Below are positions 12,671 to 22,587 of a stretch of DNA of 41,983 nucleotides, in pieces. The stretch lies in the IMG/VR virus record IMGVR_UViG_3300045988_031699, one strand, 5' to 3'. A program made the position numbers and the translations under genes. Source of the DNA: a virus. The number at the start of each line of letters is the position of its first letter. Position 1 is the stretch's first letter. The notes beneath the pieces are model-generated. The model ran no database searches. It saw only the letters and a program-made list of their open reading frames with translations, and was not told the origin of the DNA.

Positions 12671-14626
12671 TCAGTTAATGGAAGCAACCGCTGCTTCCAA
12701 ATCCTCAATGTGTTTAATGGGGTCTGCGCGTCCCGTGACAGTCGCGCTGTCGGCATCGGTCAGAATAGTATTCGCACCTGCAAGCGCGGGGATGGGCTGT
12801 GCGCCTGTCGCGGTGAAGGGCACAGGCTCTGTCAGATTGTAGTATACTTGCACAGGACTTCCTGCGGCATACTGGGCGACGAGGTAAGCATTTAAGGCAT
12901 TAGCATCTGGAAAATACTTGCTCATAAGTTTCGCTGTTGTGTAAAGATACTTTCCCCTCAAATTCCCACCAAAAGTATTAGCAGGAAAATGACTACAAGT
13001 TGTATCATAGCTATCGGCTATACCGGGTGCTGAATTTTGTGGTAGATTCCAATATCTATCACGCTGTGTAAACTTGTTGGTTGTCCCGTCCAGCGTCAGC
13101 GTTTTCCTCGTCTCTTTTCCATCTCCCGTCACCGCGTCCACCTCACCGCTATACACGGTTTCAGACATGTTGAGCGTAATCACTTGATTATCCTCCTGCC
13201 TGGTAATCGTCACGCTGTCCCTGCCCTTGATAGGACGAATGTTTGCGTAAGGTGAATAGGCCGTTGCAGTCGCGCCTTTCTCTATCTGCGGTTTTGCCGA
13301 AACATTATCCAGTGTGCCAGAGGCGGCAAAAAACAAGGTGGCATTTTGTATGTCATTCTCTACTGTAAACGTATGTGGCCGTCCAACAGCTTGCGTGGCA
13401 ATCATAGCACCGTCTGCATCTTTATTGAGAATTGATATACGGAAATGTGACATTGCGCTAATTGTGTATGTACCTGCAGGAAGCGAAAATTTATCAGAGT
13501 TGTAGTATGTAGTTCCATTTGCCGTTCCGTTTGCTGTTACGGTGCCATCGGGGGTTATTGTCCACGTCACTCCATAGCTCATGGCTTTTTCTGGCATCCA
13601 TGCAGGATTAAACAGGTTCTTACCGCCACCTTCCGGATACGGTGTCCCGCTGCCCTCCTGCACGGGCTCCCACTTCGCTTTCACGCCAAGCGGATAGCCC
13701 GCCACGGGGTAACACACAACAGGGTTGCCGCTTTCTTCCAGAGGCGGGCAAAACATATCAATGATGTGCTTGCTGCTCCACGGCGCATCCTCGCTCACCG
13801 CCGCATCATCAATCTGTACGCCGTCCTTTCCGGCAGGCCCCTCCGGGCCAACCTCTCCCTGTGGCCCCTGCTCACCGCGCTCACCCTGCGGGCCAGTATC
13901 ACCCTTGGGGCCAACCGGGCCAGTTTCGCCAACAGGCCCCTGCGCGCCGGTATCGCCCTTCTCGCCTTGTACACCCTGAACGCCCTGCTCACCTTGGGGG
14001 CCGCGCTCTCCGGTGTCGCCCTTCTCGCCCTGTGGGCCTCGAGGGCCAGTTGCACCCGTTGCCCCGGTAGGGCCTTGAACTCCCTTTTCTCCTTGCGGCC
14101 CCTGCGGGCCTACGGGGCCTCGCGGGCCAGTATCACCCTTGTCGCCTTTGGCTCCATCTTTGCCGTCAAATTTGCCGTTAGCCGCATCATTTCGCAAGTT
14201 ATCGGCCACGCTCTTTGCTTCCGCGCTGTTCTTTTCTGCGTTAAGCGCAGCCTGCAAAACCTGCGTGGCAAGTGATTCACTGGGTTTAAACGGCTCAGTT
14301 CCACCAACGGGGCCGCGTGTAATCACGTTGTATCCCTGCGTTTTTGTGATGCGCTGCACACCATTGGCAACGCCGCAATACACGATAGTGCCCGTACCCT
14401 CATTGGCGGTTGCTTCGGCAGGCACATCAATCAGGCCGTTTTCCGGCAAACGGATTTCACGGGGTTCTCCCTTCGGCGGGTTAAACGTTGCTGTTACAGC
14501 AAGCCCGCTCCACGTATCGTCAAGTGTCACATGCAGCTGCTCGATACCGTAACTGCCAAAAGTGCCAAGCGATAAGTTGCCGGGTCTAACACTGTATCCT
14601 TTCAGCTGTACTTCATGCAATGCCAT
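12671..14626 (-). CDS. Collagen-like-repeat tail fibre protein
   Basis: 651 aa with 39 uninterrupted G-X-Y triplets (residues 155-271), flanked by a globular N-terminal domain and a ~380-aa C-terminal domain. Lies in the distal tail module. Confidence 0.8.
   Translation of the reverse strand: MALHEVQLKGYSVRPGNLSLGTFGSYGIEQLHVTLDDTWSGLAVTATFNPPKGEPREIRLPENGLIDVPAEATANEGTGTIVYCGVANGVQRITKTQGYNVITRGPVGGTEPFKPSESLATQVLQAALNAEKNSAEAKSVADNLRNDAANGKFDGKDGAKGDKGDTGPRGPVGPQGPQGEKGVQGPTGATGATGPRGPQGEKGDTGERGPQGEQGVQGVQGEKGDTGAQGPVGETGPVGPKGDTGPQGERGEQGPQGEVGPEGPAGKDGVQIDDAAVSEDAPWSSKHIIDMFCPPLEESGNPVVCYPVAGYPLGVKAKWEPVQEGSGTPYPEGGGKNLFNPAWMPEKAMSYGVTWTITPDGTVTANGTANGTTYYNSDKFSLPAGTYTISAMSHFRISILNKDADGAMIATQAVGRPHTFTVENDIQNATLFFAASGTLDNVSAKPQIEKGATATAYSPYANIRPIKGRDSVTITRQEDNQVITLNMSETVYSGEVDAVTGDGKETRKTLTLDGTTNKFTQRDRYWNLPQNSAPGIADSYDTTCSHFPANTFGGNLRGKYLYTTAKLMSKYFPDANALNAYLVAQYAAGSPVQVYYNLTEPVPFTATGAQPIPALAGANTILTDADSATVTGRADPIKHIEDLEAAVASIN
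13814..14164 (-). repeat. Collagen-type (GXY)39 coding repeat
   Basis: [40 protein letters not shown]...[12 protein letters not shown] counted directly from the translation. Confidence 0.9.
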
Positions 14627-14697
14627 TACACGCCCTCCAATCTGGCTTTAACCGCATACATCCACTTTTCCGGCACCTCGCCGTCTGATAATCTCAT
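14626..14697 (-). CDS. Possible 23-aa micro-ORF between tail genes
   Basis: ATG 14697, 8 nt after AAGGAG. MRLSDGEVPEKWMYAVKARLEGV. Its TAA overlaps the fibre ATG (TAATG). Confidence 0.25.
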   Translation of the reverse strand: MRLSDGEVPEKWMYAVKARLEGV

Positions 14698-14709
14698 AAT
14701 ATCAACTCC

Positions 14710-15516
14710 TTAACCGATGCAGAAAGTAGGGCGAACGCCATGAGAATCGGAAGCGCCGTAGTGGTCCGCATTACCGCCGGTTCCGATAAGGGCGAAATCG
14801 GAAGAGGAAATAACGTCTCTCAACCACCATAGCTCATGATTAACAATTCTGCTCTGTTCGTGCTGGAATAACGGCAACTGGGATTTCTCTACACGGAAGT
14901 TAGCCGGAACATCGCTACCATCAGAAACAGGGAGAAAAATACTACTGCCGTAGACCATCTGCACACACATAAGGTCGACTTCGGAATCGTACCATGCGCC
15001 GTTGGAAACACGACCATTCGCAACAGCGGTCGTAAGATAGATTCGATGATTGAGAACATGACCGTTGAACGCACTCTTGATAATGGTCTTAGCCCGTTCG
15101 AGATTGCTCTTGTACATATCCGAGCCGACATAGCCGCCAGCTGTAGTATTTGCCGCACCACCTTCGTAACCGCCAGAACTGGTATTGTGCATCTGTGCGG
15201 TGTACAGGCAAGTGTCCGGCACGATAAGGACATGGTGAGCAGTACAAGCCGTGTCGCCGCAGTTCAGGAAGTAATCAAACGCCCCAATACGGTAGTTGAC
15301 ACCGCCGATAGTCCAATAGTCTCCGATGTATAAATCATCGAACGTGCCCTCAGCAATCACTGCATATTGTGTTGCCGTAGCGCTCGCACCCAGATGCTTG
15401 CCCCGGTAGGTGGCGTTGTGTGCTCCTGCGTTGGGGGCAGTCATGATGCGCAGCAGGTCGTCTCTATTGGGCTCTTTACTGGTTTCAAAGTACGGATTAT
15501 TCGCTGCTCCACTCAT
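14710..15516 (-). CDS. Tail-tip/fibre-associated protein (putative receptor-binding accessory)
   Basis: 268 aa, ATGA-coupled to the upstream BppU-like gene. C-terminus ...HELWWLRDVISSSDFALIGTGGNADHYGASDSHGVRPTFCIG. Confidence 0.5.
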   Translation of the reverse strand: MSGAANNPYFETSKEPNRDDLLRIMTAPNAGAHNATYRGKHLGASATATQYAVIAEGTFDDLYIGDYWTIGGVNYRIGAFDYFLNCGDTACTAHHVLIVPDTCLYTAQMHNTSSGGYEGGAANTTAGGYVGSDMYKSNLERAKTIIKSAFNGHVLNHRIYLTTAVANGRVSNGAWYDSEVDLMCVQMVYGSSIFLPVSDGSDVPANFRVEKSQLPLFQHEQSRIVNHELWWLRDVISSSDFALIGTGGNADHYGASDSHGVRPTFCIG

Positions 15517-16652
15517 TGGCTCACCTCCAAAACAAACACAGACGCGCTCGTCGGCGCATTGTTCGCATAAAACTTAACCACCCCCGCACCGGGTTCCAGC
15601 GCTGCTACCATCCGCACCGCATCCGTCACTCTCGTGCGGTCACTTACGGCAATCCGGCTGTCTGCCGTCACCCCGGCTACCGTGACTGTGGCGCAGGTGT
15701 TATAGCTGCTCGTGCTGCCGTCGTCCCAGGACACCGTGTAATCGCCGGAAGTCCAGGCGCTGGCTGCCACCGTAACCGTCACCGGCTTGGGCAGTTTTGC
15801 GTCAATTTGAGTCTTGTCGTAGTAATTCGCAAACTTACTGCTTTGACCAGTGTCCTTCCAGACACCCGTGTCGCTGTCCCACACCCAAATGGTATCAGTT
15901 TCGCCTATAATGGCCCAGTTTCCGTCATAGCCGGTATCGTGGGCCGCGTACAGCGCCTCGTAATTGGGGTACCACCCAACCGCGCCCTGGCTGACCTGCT
16001 GGGCCAGCGCGGCGTAGTATTTGGCGTTGTTCATTCCCTCGCCGGGGCGCGATGCCGTATCGCCCACGGCCCAGCTGCGGGCCTCTTTTGCACTGGCCGC
16101 AGCGGCCTTGGCGTTGGCAGGGGCTGCCTTGATGGCCTCGATGTTTTCGTGCACATCCTGGATGCCTGCTTCATTATCCCGCACGATTTTGGCGTTGGCA
16201 GCCACCTCAGCGGCCAGCGCCTGCACGGCCTTGTATTCGTCCGTGCTTTCGAGCATACCATCCTGTACCGGGTTTTTGTCGATGTCCAGCCGCAGGGCGG
16301 CCATACCGGCCATACCACCGCCCGCCAGCACCTCTACCACCGGGGCGAACGTGCCGTAGCCGGTCGTCATCTGGGCAGTCACGGCCATATAAACTGTGCT
16401 GCGGTCGCTGCTCACGCCAAGCGCGGGGTTGTAGACATAGTGCCCGTCTTTTTTATCCATCCGCAGGTTGACATCCGCGCCGGTGGGCAGTGTCCAGGGC
16501 TGCCCGCCCTTGTACAGGGTCACGGCCAGCACCGGGAGCGTATCGTCGTACTGCACAAGATGCACCGGCTGCACAACGTCCCGCCGGTCAAAATCCGCCC
16601 GCGTCGCCTTGATAAGCGCTTCTGCGGGTGGGCTGTAATTGGCTGTCGCCAT
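15513..16652 (-). CDS. BppU-like baseplate/fibre protein
   Basis: N-terminus ...VVQPVHLVQYDDTLPVLAVTLYKGGQPWTLPTGADVNLRMDKKDG looks like a BppU_N-type domain. Ala-rich coiled-coil middle. Positioned after Tal. Confidence 0.55.
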   Translation of the reverse strand: MATANYSPPAEALIKATRADFDRRDVVQPVHLVQYDDTLPVLAVTLYKGGQPWTLPTGADVNLRMDKKDGHYVYNPALGVSSDRSTVYMAVTAQMTTGYGTFAPVVEVLAGGGMAGMAALRLDIDKNPVQDGMLESTDEYKAVQALAAEVAANAKIVRDNEAGIQDVHENIEAIKAAPANAKAAAASAKEARSWAVGDTASRPGEGMNNAKYYAALAQQVSQGAVGWYPNYEALYAAHDTGYDGNWAIIGETDTIWVWDSDTGVWKDTGQSSKFANYYDKTQIDAKLPKPVTVTVAASAWTSGDYTVSWDDGSTSSYNTCATVTVAGVTADSRIAVSDRTRVTDAVRMVAALEPGAGVVKFYANNAPTSASVFVLEVSQ

Positions 16653-16663
16653 TTAAAAACACC

Positions 16664-18496
16664 TCACTGTATCATTCTGCCGTTGACCGCCACATAGCCG
16701 TTGCCCGCGCCGTCCACGCCCAGCTGCACCTTCACATTGCCGCTCGCGTCGCTTATCGCGATAGCGCCACCCTCATACTGGCCCGCCATTGTGACGTTAG
16801 CGATCATATTGTTGGGGTTGTTGGCCGCCGGGCCGTACAGCACCAAGCGGCCCACGGCGTTGTTGCTACCCCATGTAGACATAAACGCGCCCATGTGCCA
16901 GTTGCCGTCGTTAGTCTTGCGGTACATTTCAATTCTGGCGTCGTTGATGACGCACTTGCTCTCCGACACCTTCGAAGTGAATTTGCCGGTGATGTCCACA
17001 GACCCGTCCGAGCCGATCTTAAAGTTGTCGCTATTCACAACCAGCCCGCCGTTAAAAGTCGTGACGCCCGTGTCCAAATTGGACACAAACTTTCCGTTGG
17101 TGGACTGCAGTACGCCTCCCCGGATAAGATTCGCACTCATAGTCCCGGTTGTGATGAAATCGGCGTTGATTGCACCGTCCATCGTGGCGGCCAGGCGGTA
17201 CGGCCCGCCGTAGCCGCTGCTGCTGTAACCCCAACCGGCCAGATTCCACCGCCAGACCTTGGTAGCCTTTTCAATTTCCGGCTTGTCCATTACAAGGATT
17301 TCGTCCGGCTCATCCGCGCCGGTGGAGCTGTGCAGCACCACATAGCCGCCCAGATTGCCGGTTATCAGCTGTGTGGCGCGGTCAATGGCCCGTTCCAGGT
17401 CGCTGCGCGTCTTGTTCACGGTGCTCTGTACGGTCTTGCCCATGTCGGCCACAGTGTTGGCCAAGCTGCTGCGGGCGTCTCCCAGCTCCACGCTGTCGTA
17501 ACGTTCCAGCAGCACGTCATAGACCGTTTTGATGCAGCTCGCATCTGCGCTCACGCCCAGCTTCGCAAACTGCACATGAACGGTATCGCACAGGCACACC
17601 CGCTCCAGCAGGGCCTTGTCGGCATATTCGGCGGTCTGTTCCAGCTGGGCGAAGCTCAATGTCAGGCTCACCTTCGGCACGCCCACCTTGTTGGCGGCGA
17701 TATAATCCAACGCGGCCTGCCGCAGCTGGGAGGCGGTGGGATGCTCTTTTATATCCTGGCTTACGTCAAGCGTGAGCACACGTACAAAGTCATACTGGCC
17801 GTCCGGCACGTTGACAACCGGGTTGCCGGTGATCTGGGTCACGTTTCCGTCGCTGTCAACCCAGTAGGGATAGACGCCGGTGTAGACCTCGGCGCAATTT
17901 TCTTCCTGGGTCAGGTCGGTCAGGTTCTTTCCGTAGCGGATCGTCACGCCGTGGTCGGTGCCGCGCTGGCTGTGCAGCTTGACGGTGGTATTATCCCACT
18001 CATATTCGCCGCCGTACACATCCAGCACGCTGCCCTCCACGCCGCCCAGCAGGCTGCGCAGACTGCCCGGCACGGCCACGACAAAGTCTGCCACCGTCTG
18101 GATGTCTGTCCAGAATGTGTAATCACAGATTACCGCCGCATGGCTTTTGAGCTGCTGCAAGGCGTCAACTGCGTTCAACGCCTTGCACGGTCCCACCGGG
18201 ATGCCGCTCAAATCGTAGCTGATGTGCTGTGCATTGACCGTTACCTGTCCATTGATGGGGCGGCTGATTTTATAAATGCGGAAATACTGCGCCTCGCCGT
18301 AGGGGTTCGGCTTCGCCAGAATCAGCCCGCGCAGCGCCAGGCTGCTGTAATGCTGCCCGGTAATGGGATAGACCATTTCCAGTTCAAACGTGCCGTTGCG
18401 CTCCTCGGTAACGGTGCAGCGCACAGCATCCCGCAGCACCCCCACGCCGTTGCCCTTAAGCCCCGTCGCGCCGTCATAATATCTCGGATAGCTAAT
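16664..18496 (-). CDS. Tail-associated lysin/Tal-type distal tail protein (prophage-tail endopeptidase family)
   Basis: CTVTEERNGTFELEMVYPITG and KVWRWNLAGWGYSSSGYGGPYRLAATMDGAINADFI are typical. The conserved N-terminus extends upstream of the track's GTG (18445) to an in-frame ATT at 18496 behind AGGAGGTG. Confidence 0.8.
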   Translation of the reverse strand: MSYPRYYDGATGLKGNGVGVLRDAVRCTVTEERNGTFELEMVYPITGQHYSSLALRGLILAKPNPYGEAQYFRIYKISRPINGQVTVNAQHISYDLSGIPVGPCKALNAVDALQQLKSHAAVICDYTFWTDIQTVADFVVAVPGSLRSLLGGVEGSVLDVYGGEYEWDNTTVKLHSQRGTDHGVTIRYGKNLTDLTQEENCAEVYTGVYPYWVDSDGNVTQITGNPVVNVPDGQYDFVRVLTLDVSQDIKEHPTASQLRQAALDYIAANKVGVPKVSLTLSFAQLEQTAEYADKALLERVCLCDTVHVQFAKLGVSADASCIKTVYDVLLERYDSVELGDARSSLANTVADMGKTVQSTVNKTRSDLERAIDRATQLITGNLGGYVVLHSSTGADEPDEILVMDKPEIEKATKVWRWNLAGWGYSSSGYGGPYRLAATMDGAINADFITTGTMSANLIRGGVLQSTNGKFVSNLDTGVTTFNGGLVVNSDNFKIGSDGSVDITGKFTSKVSESKCVINDARIEMYRKTNDGNWHMGAFMSTWGSNNAVGRLVLYGPAANNPNNMIANVTMAGQYEGGAIAISDASGNVKVQLGVDGAGNGYVAVNGRMIQ

Positions 18497-18508
18497 GATT
18501 TACACCTC

Positions 18509-19222
18509 CTACAACGTCCACCATCTAGGTGTGATTTCGCACTTGCTAATGCCGCCGCTCCAACTAATTTGTGTAGCTCCTGCCCCCAGAGTGGGAAATT
18601 CAGGCGCAGTTACATATTTATTTAAGTTTATCGCTTCTTTATAAGCGTCCATCATTTCGCAGTCTAGATACATCGGCCCGGTGTAACCTGTAACACTTAT
18701 TTGTGTGCCCCCAACTTGTAATTTGGCATCGCTAGTAATGGTTAGTGCGATAAGCGGAAGGGAAGGGAATACAGTTGGATTGTACAGAGAATCACCGCTT
18801 TTGACTTCAACAGCATTTTCGCCGTCTTTTAAGTATTTCTGTGGTTTGCAATCCAACGAAATGGTAAATGGCGCAAGGTGGTTTGCCCGGATATCAGTTT
18901 CTGGGAAATTAACTACCCGCGCCATTCTGTACACATTTGGTTCTTCCTCTGTTTCAAGCCTGCGATAGCTAAAAGTAGTTCCACGCAGAAAAGCTGCAAT
19001 CGTTGGTAAAGTGTCGCTTACATCAGTGTCCGTCAGCGCAAAGCATTTCGCAGTTGCACTAACATTACCATAGCTTCCATCCCATTCAGTCAAATCTCCA
19101 CTGCGGCCAGAAATGGTCGTGGATGTAACCCTGGGTGTCGGTTGGCCGAAAGTAATTCCACTTTGCAACCGAATCCCAACATCAAGGCTACAAATGCCGT
19201 CCAACCAAAATCCATTAAGCAT
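18509..19222 (-). CDS. Distal tail protein (Dit-like)
   Basis: Lies between TMP and Tal. ATG 19222 (MLNGFWLDG...) behind AGAAAGG, overlapping the TMP stop by 8 nt (track start 19261). Confidence 0.7.
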   Translation of the reverse strand: MLNGFWLDGICSLDVGIRLQSGITFGQPTPRVTSTTISGRSGDLTEWDGSYGNVSATAKCFALTDTDVSDTLPTIAAFLRGTTFSYRRLETEEEPNVYRMARVVNFPETDIRANHLAPFTISLDCKPQKYLKDGENAVEVKSGDSLYNPTVFPSLPLIALTITSDAKLQVGGTQISVTGYTGPMYLDCEMMDAYKEAINLNKYVTAPEFPTLGAGATQISWSGGISKCEITPRWWTL

Positions 19223-20954
19223 ATACAGCCGCCTTTCTGTTGCTTTGCGCCTGAAGCTCATACGAAATCTGATTTGCTAGCGCATGTGCCATAGAATTCA
19301 CATCGGAAAACTGAATGCCGTTAATATTGATGTTAAACGTCATACCGCCAGCCGCGTTTTCGTTGCCTTTACGGTATGACGTCGCCTCTTCGCTTGTAAG
19401 CACCATCTCGCCGCGATGCAGTTTGGCAACATAGTTGTTATACGGTACGTAATCAAGGCCACCTGCGTGACTGCCATCTGTGCCACTACTGTTGACATCA
19501 ACATTAACAGAGCGGTTTCCGAACAGGTTGTCCCACAAACCATTAAACCAGCTGACAAGGCTGTCCCAAGCTGCCGAAATGCCGTCAATAATGCCATCAA
19601 TGACCGCGTCGCCCATCTGCATTGCACCTTCTACAATGTCCGGCAAATGCTCTATAAAGTAGGTCAGAAGGGTCTCCACGATAGATGCAGCGGCAAGCAT
19701 AATGTCCGGCAAGTGTTCCGAAACGCCCTCTACAAACGCAATCAGCATTTGTCCGGCAGTGTCGAGCATCTGCGGCAAGTTCTCATTTAGCTTTGAAACC
19801 AGCGTCAAGATGATTTGCAAGGCAGATTGTGCAACGGTTGGCAGCATCTGATAGATGCCGTTTCCCAGCACAGTTATAATCTGAATTGCCGAATCAATAA
19901 GTTGCGCCTCGTTTGCGCTGATTCCCGTAACAAGCGTCTGCACGATGTTCACGGCAGATTGTGCCAGCTGCGGCAGAACGGTTTCAATCAAGCTTGGCAG
20001 CTCTGCCATGATGGGAGGGACAAGGCTCTCTATCAGCTTAGCAACACCGTTCAGGGCGACTTCTATGCGGGGGATGATGTTACTTGCCGCTGTAGTTGCG
20101 CTATCCACAAAGTTGCTGATAAGTTGCCCAAAATTGGCATTATCATCGGCAATTCCAGTTACAAGGTTTGACCATGCGGATTTTGTAGCATTTACACTCC
20201 CCTGAATCGTTGTTGATGCTTCTTTAGAGGTCGTACCAGTAATGCCCATTGCGTTTTGAACATCATGAATCGCGCTTACAACGTCCGCATAGCTGTTAAT
20301 GGTGTAATTGGTATAGTTTCCCTGCGCGGCGTTCAGCTTGTTTGCGTCATCAAGTAGACGCTGCATTTCGGTTTTTGTGCCGCCATAGCCGAGCTTCAAG
20401 TTATCAAGCATAGTATAATTTTGCTTGGCAAAACCGTTATACGCATCTTGGATAGAAGACATCGCCGTGCCCATTTTATTTGAGTTGTCTGACATATCCG
20501 AAATGGCAGTGTTCGCAAGCTCTGCCGCTTGTTCCGTATCGCCGCCCAGACTAGACACAAGCGAAGCTGCAAAGGTTGTTGCTGTGTTCATGTACTCGTT
20601 TGCAGAAAGTCCAGCCGTTTTATACGCGTCGGCTGCATACTGCTGAACTTTATCGGCGCTGGTTTTATATAGCGTCTCCACGCCACCTACAAGCTGCTCG
20701 TAATCTGCATAACTGCTAATTGCTAGTCCCGTCAACGCTGAAATTGCTGTTGCACCTGCCGTAGTAGCGGCAACGGATACTTTCGCAACGTTCGTAGCAA
20801 CGTTAAAGATGCCTTTTCCAACTGTTGAAGCGGCTGAACCAACCTTTCCGAACAGTCCCGTTAATCCGCTTGCGCTGCTCTTCGCATTTTTCAAGCCTTT
20901 CTCGTATTCGCTGGAATCTAGCGAGATTTTTGCAAAAAGGTCAAATACGTCCAC
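19215..20954 (-). CDS. Tape measure protein
   Basis: 579 aa, A/S/T/G-rich helical with hydrophobic segments. Typical motif ...NGFAKQNYTMLDNLKLGYGGTKTEMQRLL. Follows the chaperone pair. Confidence 0.85.
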   Translation of the reverse strand: MDVFDLFAKISLDSSEYEKGLKNAKSSASGLTGLFGKVGSAASTVGKGIFNVATNVAKVSVAATTAGATAISALTGLAISSYADYEQLVGGVETLYKTSADKVQQYAADAYKTAGLSANEYMNTATTFAASLVSSLGGDTEQAAELANTAISDMSDNSNKMGTAMSSIQDAYNGFAKQNYTMLDNLKLGYGGTKTEMQRLLDDANKLNAAQGNYTNYTINSYADVVSAIHDVQNAMGITGTTSKEASTTIQGSVNATKSAWSNLVTGIADDNANFGQLISNFVDSATTAASNIIPRIEVALNGVAKLIESLVPPIMAELPSLIETVLPQLAQSAVNIVQTLVTGISANEAQLIDSAIQIITVLGNGIYQMLPTVAQSALQIILTLVSKLNENLPQMLDTAGQMLIAFVEGVSEHLPDIMLAAASIVETLLTYFIEHLPDIVEGAMQMGDAVIDGIIDGISAAWDSLVSWFNGLWDNLFGNRSVNVDVNSSGTDGSHAGGLDYVPYNNYVAKLHRGEMVLTSEEATSYRKGNENAAGGMTFNININGIQFSDVNSMAHALANQISYELQAQSNRKAAVYA

Positions 20955-21619
20955 TTACTCGCTCACCTCCTGCCGTTCTTTTGTTTTCAATCCATGCCGC
21001 GCCGCAAAGTCTTTGAAATCTGCCTGCACCTGTTCTGGTGTCCGCGTATCCACTTTTGGCGGGTGGATAATGTCAATATATCTCGCTGGCCTGTCCGTTA
21101 CGCCTGTCACAGCTACCACAAGGCTCCACGCACTGTCTGTCATGTACACCTTGTACATTTGTTCTTCAAAATCAGCTTTTAAAGCGTAAGGAAGCGCCGA
21201 CACAAGCGCCTTTGCGCCCAGTCTCGGCATTTTCAGCAGTACAGGGATTACTTGTTCTGCCCGCCACCGAGATACGATTTGAAAAAATCAACAAAACTCT
21301 TATCGTTCACCAGGGCGTAAACTTGCTTGCAGGTGATAAGGAAATTCTGCTTGCCGATTTCTTCCACCGTCAGGCCGTTGAACGGTGCAAGGATTGCGTA
21401 TACATCCTCGCGGTGCTGCTTCAACGCAATGTTCAGCAGCTTAACAATTTTCGCAAGGCCGAAACGCTGCATTGCAATGCGGGTCGTTTCGCCCTTCGGC
21501 ATCGCTTTCTGCATCTCTTTCACAAGCGCTTCATCATCAATCAGGTTTGTGATGGGCTGCGCGATTTGCAAAACGACTTCCAGCGCTTCATCAGTGCTAA
21601 GTTCAGAAAAAATACGCAT
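20955..21619 (-). CDS. Tail assembly chaperone long form (G-T type fusion via -1 frameshift at 21281-21287)
   Basis: The -1 frame is open from the slippery site through ORF 20955-21230. See the slippery heptamer feature. Confidence 0.6.
21248..21619 (-). CDS. Tail assembly chaperone (short form)
   Basis: 123 aa between the major tail protein and TMP. The TGATG overlap couples it to the major tail gene. Confidence 0.7.
   Translation of the reverse strand: MRIFSELSTDEALEVVLQIAQPITNLIDDEALVKEMQKAMPKGETTRIAMQRFGLAKIVKLLNIALKQHREDVYAILAPFNGLTVEEIGKQNFLITCKQVYALVNDKSFVDFFKSYLGGGQNK
21281..21287 (-). promoter_or_regulatory. Programmed -1 ribosomal frameshift slippery heptamer T_TTT_TTC
   Basis: Minus strand GAT TTT TTC AAA in the chaperone frame, 11 codons before its stop. 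A -1 slip enters the frame that is open into 20955-21230. Confidence 0.6.
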
Positions 21620-22212
21620 CAGGCTTCATCCTCCCCGGCCTTGATATACACTTCGCACGGCACAATGTCCTGCGCGGTAATGGAGTAGTGCGCCGTGTAT
21701 TCAAAGCTCATCTGGCCTTTTTCCTTGTCGCCCGTCTGCAAGCTGAAACCGCCGGTAGACAGCGTATTTAGCATGTGAATGGCGCAAAAACCGCCATTAG
21801 TAGTGCCGTGCTTGTCCGAATAGTCGCAAAGCAGCCACAAATCCGTGAAGTCTCTGTCTTTCAGGTCGTTGCGCGGCGTGATTTTTGAAACCTTGGAAGT
21901 AGTCGCAACATCCGCAGCGCCAAACATGCTTTTGGCATTTTCTGCCGATGCCGAAACATAAGTGCCACTGCACTTGACTTCCCAGGATTCAATCTGCTTC
22001 AGCTCTTTCATGTTCTTGGGACAGTTGTCGATGTCCTCGCCGAAGTCGGTAAAGCTTGGCACAGCCGTAAAGTTGATGCCGCCAGTCGTAGCGCCCAGCA
22101 GCGCACTTTCTTCCGGCGCAGTACCGGCAGTCGGGTCAAACGTAGTTGCAAGATACCCGGCGTTCAGAACCAATTCCTTGAACGCCGATTCGGGGATACG
22201 AGTAAATTTCAT
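21619..22212 (-). CDS. Major tail protein
   Basis: 197 aa immediately upstream of the chaperone pair. GGAGA SD. Canonical order. Confidence 0.7.
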   Translation of the reverse strand: MKFTRIPESAFKELVLNAGYLATTFDPTAGTAPEESALLGATTGGINFTAVPSFTDFGEDIDNCPKNMKELKQIESWEVKCSGTYVSASAENAKSMFGAADVATTSKVSKITPRNDLKDRDFTDLWLLCDYSDKHGTTNGGFCAIHMLNTLSTGGFSLQTGDKEKGQMSFEYTAHYSITAQDIVPCEVYIKAGEDEA

Positions 22213-22221
22213 GCTTTCTCC

Positions 22222-22587
22222 TCAATTTAGGCATAAAAATTCGGCGGTCACGTTGATGTACCGCCGTTTTAGGTTTTTGTCTGTGTCATCTGCCAGCGAT
22301 TGACTAAACGGTGAGCCGGGTTTGAGCCAGATAATCCCATCATCGCACGGCAAAGTCGGGTCGCCTTTTGTAAGAGCCGTCAAAAGCTCTTGCGCCTTTG
22401 CGTTTGGCACAGCTTCGGATGTGGTATGAAACCACATATTTACTGTGATAGATACAGAATTTGACCAAGTATCCATCACAGCATCATAGGTCAGGTATGG
22501 GAGTACAGCGTCATCCGGCACGGCGTTGCTGGCGTATGCGGTCATAAATTGCCCGAAAAACTGCTGTAATGCAGCGCCCTTTGTCAT
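22222..22587 (-). CDS. Tail completion/terminator-type protein (positional call)
   Basis: 121 aa between the head-tail adaptor and the major tail gene, ATGA-coupled. Confidence 0.45.
   Translation of the reverse strand: MTKGAALQQFFGQFMTAYASNAVPDDAVLPYLTYDAVMDTWSNSVSITVNMWFHTTSEAVPNAKAQELLTALTKGDPTLPCDDGIIWLKPGSPFSQSLADDTDKNLKRRYINVTAEFLCLN

Noticed and set aside
13725-14307. ORFs 13725-13979, 13766-14275, 13795-14055, 13861-14070 and 14110-14307
   Set aside because: These are off-frame or antisense readings of the collagen-like GXY repeat (Pro/Ser/Arg-rich artefacts).
12671-16652. Diversity-generating retroelement or invertible shufflon acting on the tail fibre genes
   Set aside because: There is no reverse transcriptase or invertase gene in the window. 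I saw no template/variable repeat pair or flanking inverted repeats around the fibre C-termini.
15516-18625. Very long plus-strand ORFs (16628-18625, 665 aa; 15516-16697, 393 aa; likewise 11284-12390, 7538-8293, 23534-24340, 24310-25065, 28061-28747)
   Set aside because: These are shadow ORFs antisense to well-supported minus-strand structural or lysis genes in GC-rich sequence. Their products are R/A/G/H-rich with no motifs or SDs.
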